Shown here in pieces: positions 23,001 to 24,000 of a DNA stretch of 24,000 nt. Numbering within the stretch: the stretch's first letter is position 1; each line of letters begins with the position of its first letter. The translations under genes were made by a program, and so were the position numbers. The notes beneath the pieces are model-generated. The model was given only the letters and a program-made list of their open reading frames with translations, made no database searches and was not told where the DNA came from. This stretch comes from Balneola sp. EhC07 (lineage in GTDB: Bacteria > Bacteroidota > Rhodothermia > Balneolales > Balneolaceae): NCBI RefSeq assembly GCF_001650905.1, contig NZ_LXYG01000015.1, forward strand, positions 13,232-37,231, given 5' to 3'.

Positions 23001-24000
23001 TGCTGAACAAATATTAAACTATCGGAGACTCCCGGAATCATATTAATGATTCCATAGTTTGTTGCTCCACCTTGCCCGGTAGTACCAGTGTTGGTAATGT
23101 TTCCGGTATTTGGGATAGTCCCTGTTGTTGGCCGTATTTCGAGTCCTGTAAATTCAAGTTGTCCGGGATTGGTGGATGAAGCCGCGTCTATTGTAAAAGT
23201 TACAGCAGATGAGCTAACACTGGTAAATGAAGCGTCTAATTCTGTAGATCCCCCAAATGCGGGAGATTCAGTAATACCAATGGTTCCACCTGTATTCCAC
23301 TCGAAACCAGTTGGGGCAGTAAGTACAAATGTTCCACTTGAAGTATACTCACCTATAAAACCTTCTTGTACAAATGGACCTGTCAAAGAAGTAAAAGTCG
23401 TGTTGGCATCATCAGCAGAAATAGTGGCTCCTCCTGTTGCCGGAGTTAACTTACGAATTGCCTGATCATATTTATCGGCGAGATAGTCCTCAATGCTTTC
23501 CCGCTCGGTTTGAGAAATACTACGGCTGTAAAAAATAAACTCTGCGATTTCGCCATCCCAACTATTATTTCCGGAATCTTTTCCTCCTTTTCCCAATAAG
23601 GCAGTAGTGGCAGTTGTAATCGATCCGGATGGAGGAGGATCAGCTGCAGAACTGGGATTATTCAAAATTCCATCAACATATAGATCGTAAGTTGTACCAC
23701 TTTCCCATTGCAAACTGATTATTTGAGCACCTGTAGTTTGGATATCAGAAAAGCTTTCTAATTGGTTATCAGGATCGTTTCCAAGAATACCTGTTTTTAT
23801 TACATCGCTGAAAGATCCGCCCCCGTTTGCTCCTGAAGCATCATATCTGATAGTTAAAATTTCATCAGCTCCTGAAGGAGAGTCCGCAATAAAAAGTCCT
23901 TTATCTGAATTTGTAACATCAGATTTATAAACTATAAACAAGCTGAATTCAGTGTTACTGTTGATGTAATTTGTTTGACCATCACTATCAAGAAAATGAT
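20090..24000 (-). CDS. Giant surface protein (5'-truncated by window edge): LamG-like + Ig-like (Big) repeats + beta-helix-like region + T9SS C-terminal sorting domain
   Basis: The reading frame stays open from 23941 to the window end (upstream codons translate ...HFLDSDGQTNYINSNTEFS-L-FIVYK with no stop), so the TTG at 23941 is not the start. LamG/ConA-like motif WDGEIAEFIFYSRSISQTERESIEDYL. Ig-like repeats (e.g. ITASPTVILNDGTSTSIITVNLKDEFGNNITTGGDAITLSTTTGTL, invasin/Big_1-like). C-terminal NYPNPFNPTTTIPFGLDVDSEVSLVVYDILGRKISTL...AGTYNINY...LASGIYFYRLQTDSQIYTERFTLIK, a type-A T9SS sorting tail. Confidence 0.85.
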   Translation of the reverse strand, partial: HFLDSDGQTNYINSNTEFSLFIVYKSDVTNSDKGLFIADSPSGADEILTIRYDASGANGGGSFSDVIKTGILGNDPDNQLESFSDIQTTGAQIISLQWESGTTYDLYVDGILNNPSSAADPPPSGSITTATTALLGKGGKDSGNNSWDGEIAEFIFYSRSISQTERESIEDYLADKYDQAIRKLTPATGGATISADDANTTFTSLTGPFVQEGFIGEYTSSGTFVLTAPTGFEWNTGGTIGITESPAFGGSTELDASFTSVSSSAVTFTIDAASSTNPGQLEFTGLEIRPTTGTIPNTGNITNTGTTGQGGATNYGIINMIPGVSDSLIFVQQPSTTNIDSSITPAVRVQLVDQFGNSIEQSGVDISIALSPESSGNLNQSTSIETNALGISEFDTLAIDAIGTKRLVSTSTGLNSDTSSTFDIVNAGTLTSFLIERIPSGNISSKTAGQTFSIKITAIDGTSTTVTTFNGTVVISSSCTMDTGQGTSANFSSGVLSSTSVSISSVGSCTITATNSAGSEFGTSNSFLVSAGAASETTSLITASPTVILNDGTSTSIITVNLKDEFGNNITTGGDAITLSTTTGTLASTSGSIIDNSDGSYSDTLTSTMVAETATITGTVNAVSITDNATVEFAAFTHIWESQLGSASLASDWEDTGNWNVGTVPGPSSVVFIPVTPGGGNELPVVDVTGASVSSVSMETGASLTISGGINFTITGNLSGGSVLGTNADSITVGGDILDVSAINVGTVVMNGVSAQSITNPHAYTNLVIDNANGVTVEENLAINDSLIMTSGELLIPSGKNLVVEGIRYGTGTLRFQRKISGVRGWRILSSPVSSTFGDLLDGTLTQGFTGSTLGNAALDSLQPNVLTYLESFEGTDNQRYRAPGNATDPLVEGQGIFVFFFGDIAADARYNNPLPDTLDVSGQEFNGTAGEVDFGVTYTANADTGWNLVGNPFGATIDWDDSPSWTKTNIENTIYVWDPAANGGNGEYLTWNGTTGTIGSGLIAPFQGFWIKANASSPVLKVTTDAKTTGGAFLRKEIRTEQTDDIPLLTLELTSNGLKKDVSFMFTKNASEAKDNFDAFELLPFTSNRLEIFSLLDDGTPLVINNLPLEFTNRYLLPVNINGYKEGFPISGDFKIRGINFDNIPDEWLISLIDNETDKEIDLIDQEEYTFFHSTKSKAKVANPYTKQKVIRKKADDARFTLKITTEEIELNIPEKSFLSQNYPNPFNPTTTIPFGLDVDSEVSLVVYDILGRKISTLLNKRMTAGTYNINYRAEHLASGIYFYRLQTDSQIYTERFTLIK
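20093..20332 (-). other. T9SS type-A C-terminal sorting domain (Por_Secre_tail-like)
   Basis: The last approximately 80 aa match the well-known pattern NYPNPFNP.T.I.F.L......L.VYD.LGR.v..L......aG.Y......l.sGiYFYrL......... K. Confidence 0.85.

Noticed and set aside
20520-23465. Plus-strand ORFs of 94-245 aa (20520-21074, 21804-22088, 22269-23006, 23088-23465) antisense to the giant adhesin gene
   Set aside because: They lie entirely inside a much longer minus-strand ORF with clear domain content (LamG, Ig-like, T9SS tail). Their translations are low-complexity Val/Pro/Ser strings typical of shadow frames opposite Thr/Gly/Ser/Asn-rich coding sequence.
8680-24000. Cluster as a mobile genomic island
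   Set aside because: No integrase, transposase, tRNA target, flanking direct repeats or phage genes are visible in the window. I could not compute GC or codon skew reliably by eye, so no horizontal-transfer claim is made. The right boundary is off-window.
1-24000. CRISPR arrays, rRNA/tRNA genes, IS elements
   Set aside because: Scanning the intergenic regions (all 184 nt or shorter) showed no regularly spaced direct repeats, no cloverleaf-capable segments and no terminal inverted repeats. The coding density leaves no room for such features.

Overview
AT-rich bacterial chromosome segment. The T9SS-type C-terminal sorting domain and the gene content suggest an FCB-group organism (Bacteroidota/Balneolales-like); this is inference only, since no search was run. 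All domain calls are by-eye motif matches against family consensus recalled from memory. Positions 1-8650 are ordinary housekeeping genes, all on the plus strand except one DUF502 gene: a small OM beta-barrel protein, plant-type ferredoxin-NADP+ reductase, a DUF502 membrane protein (minus strand), alaS, and a pdhA-pdhB-pdhC operon ending in a strong GNRA-loop terminator. Positions 8680-24000 are one uninterrupted minus-strand cluster of 12 tightly spaced genes (gaps 11-125 nt, one 8-nt overlap), which I consider the interesting part. In transcription order it encodes: a giant LamG/Ig-like adhesin with a T9SS sorting tail (5' end off-window); four paralogous small secreted DUF4402/SCPU-like pilin candidates, with an intrinsic terminator after the last one; a PapD-like periplasmic chaperone candidate; a 993-aa usher-like OM protein with an unusual C-terminal TPR module; a bitopic inner-membrane protein whose periplasmic half looks like FliF/SctJ ring-building motifs and whose cytoplasmic half looks like FliG middle plus C-terminal (torque) domains; a TPR lipoprotein sharing its TPR module with the usher-like protein; and a genuine 4-TM MotA/PomA-type stator protein with a MotB-like partner carrying an OmpA-like domain and three SPOR-like repeats. 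Hypothesis: a proton-motive-force stator plus a minimal FliF/FliG-like rotor is coupled to an archaic chaperone-usher filament. I know of no described system with this combination. No rRNA, tRNA, CRISPR array, transposase or integrase was recognised.
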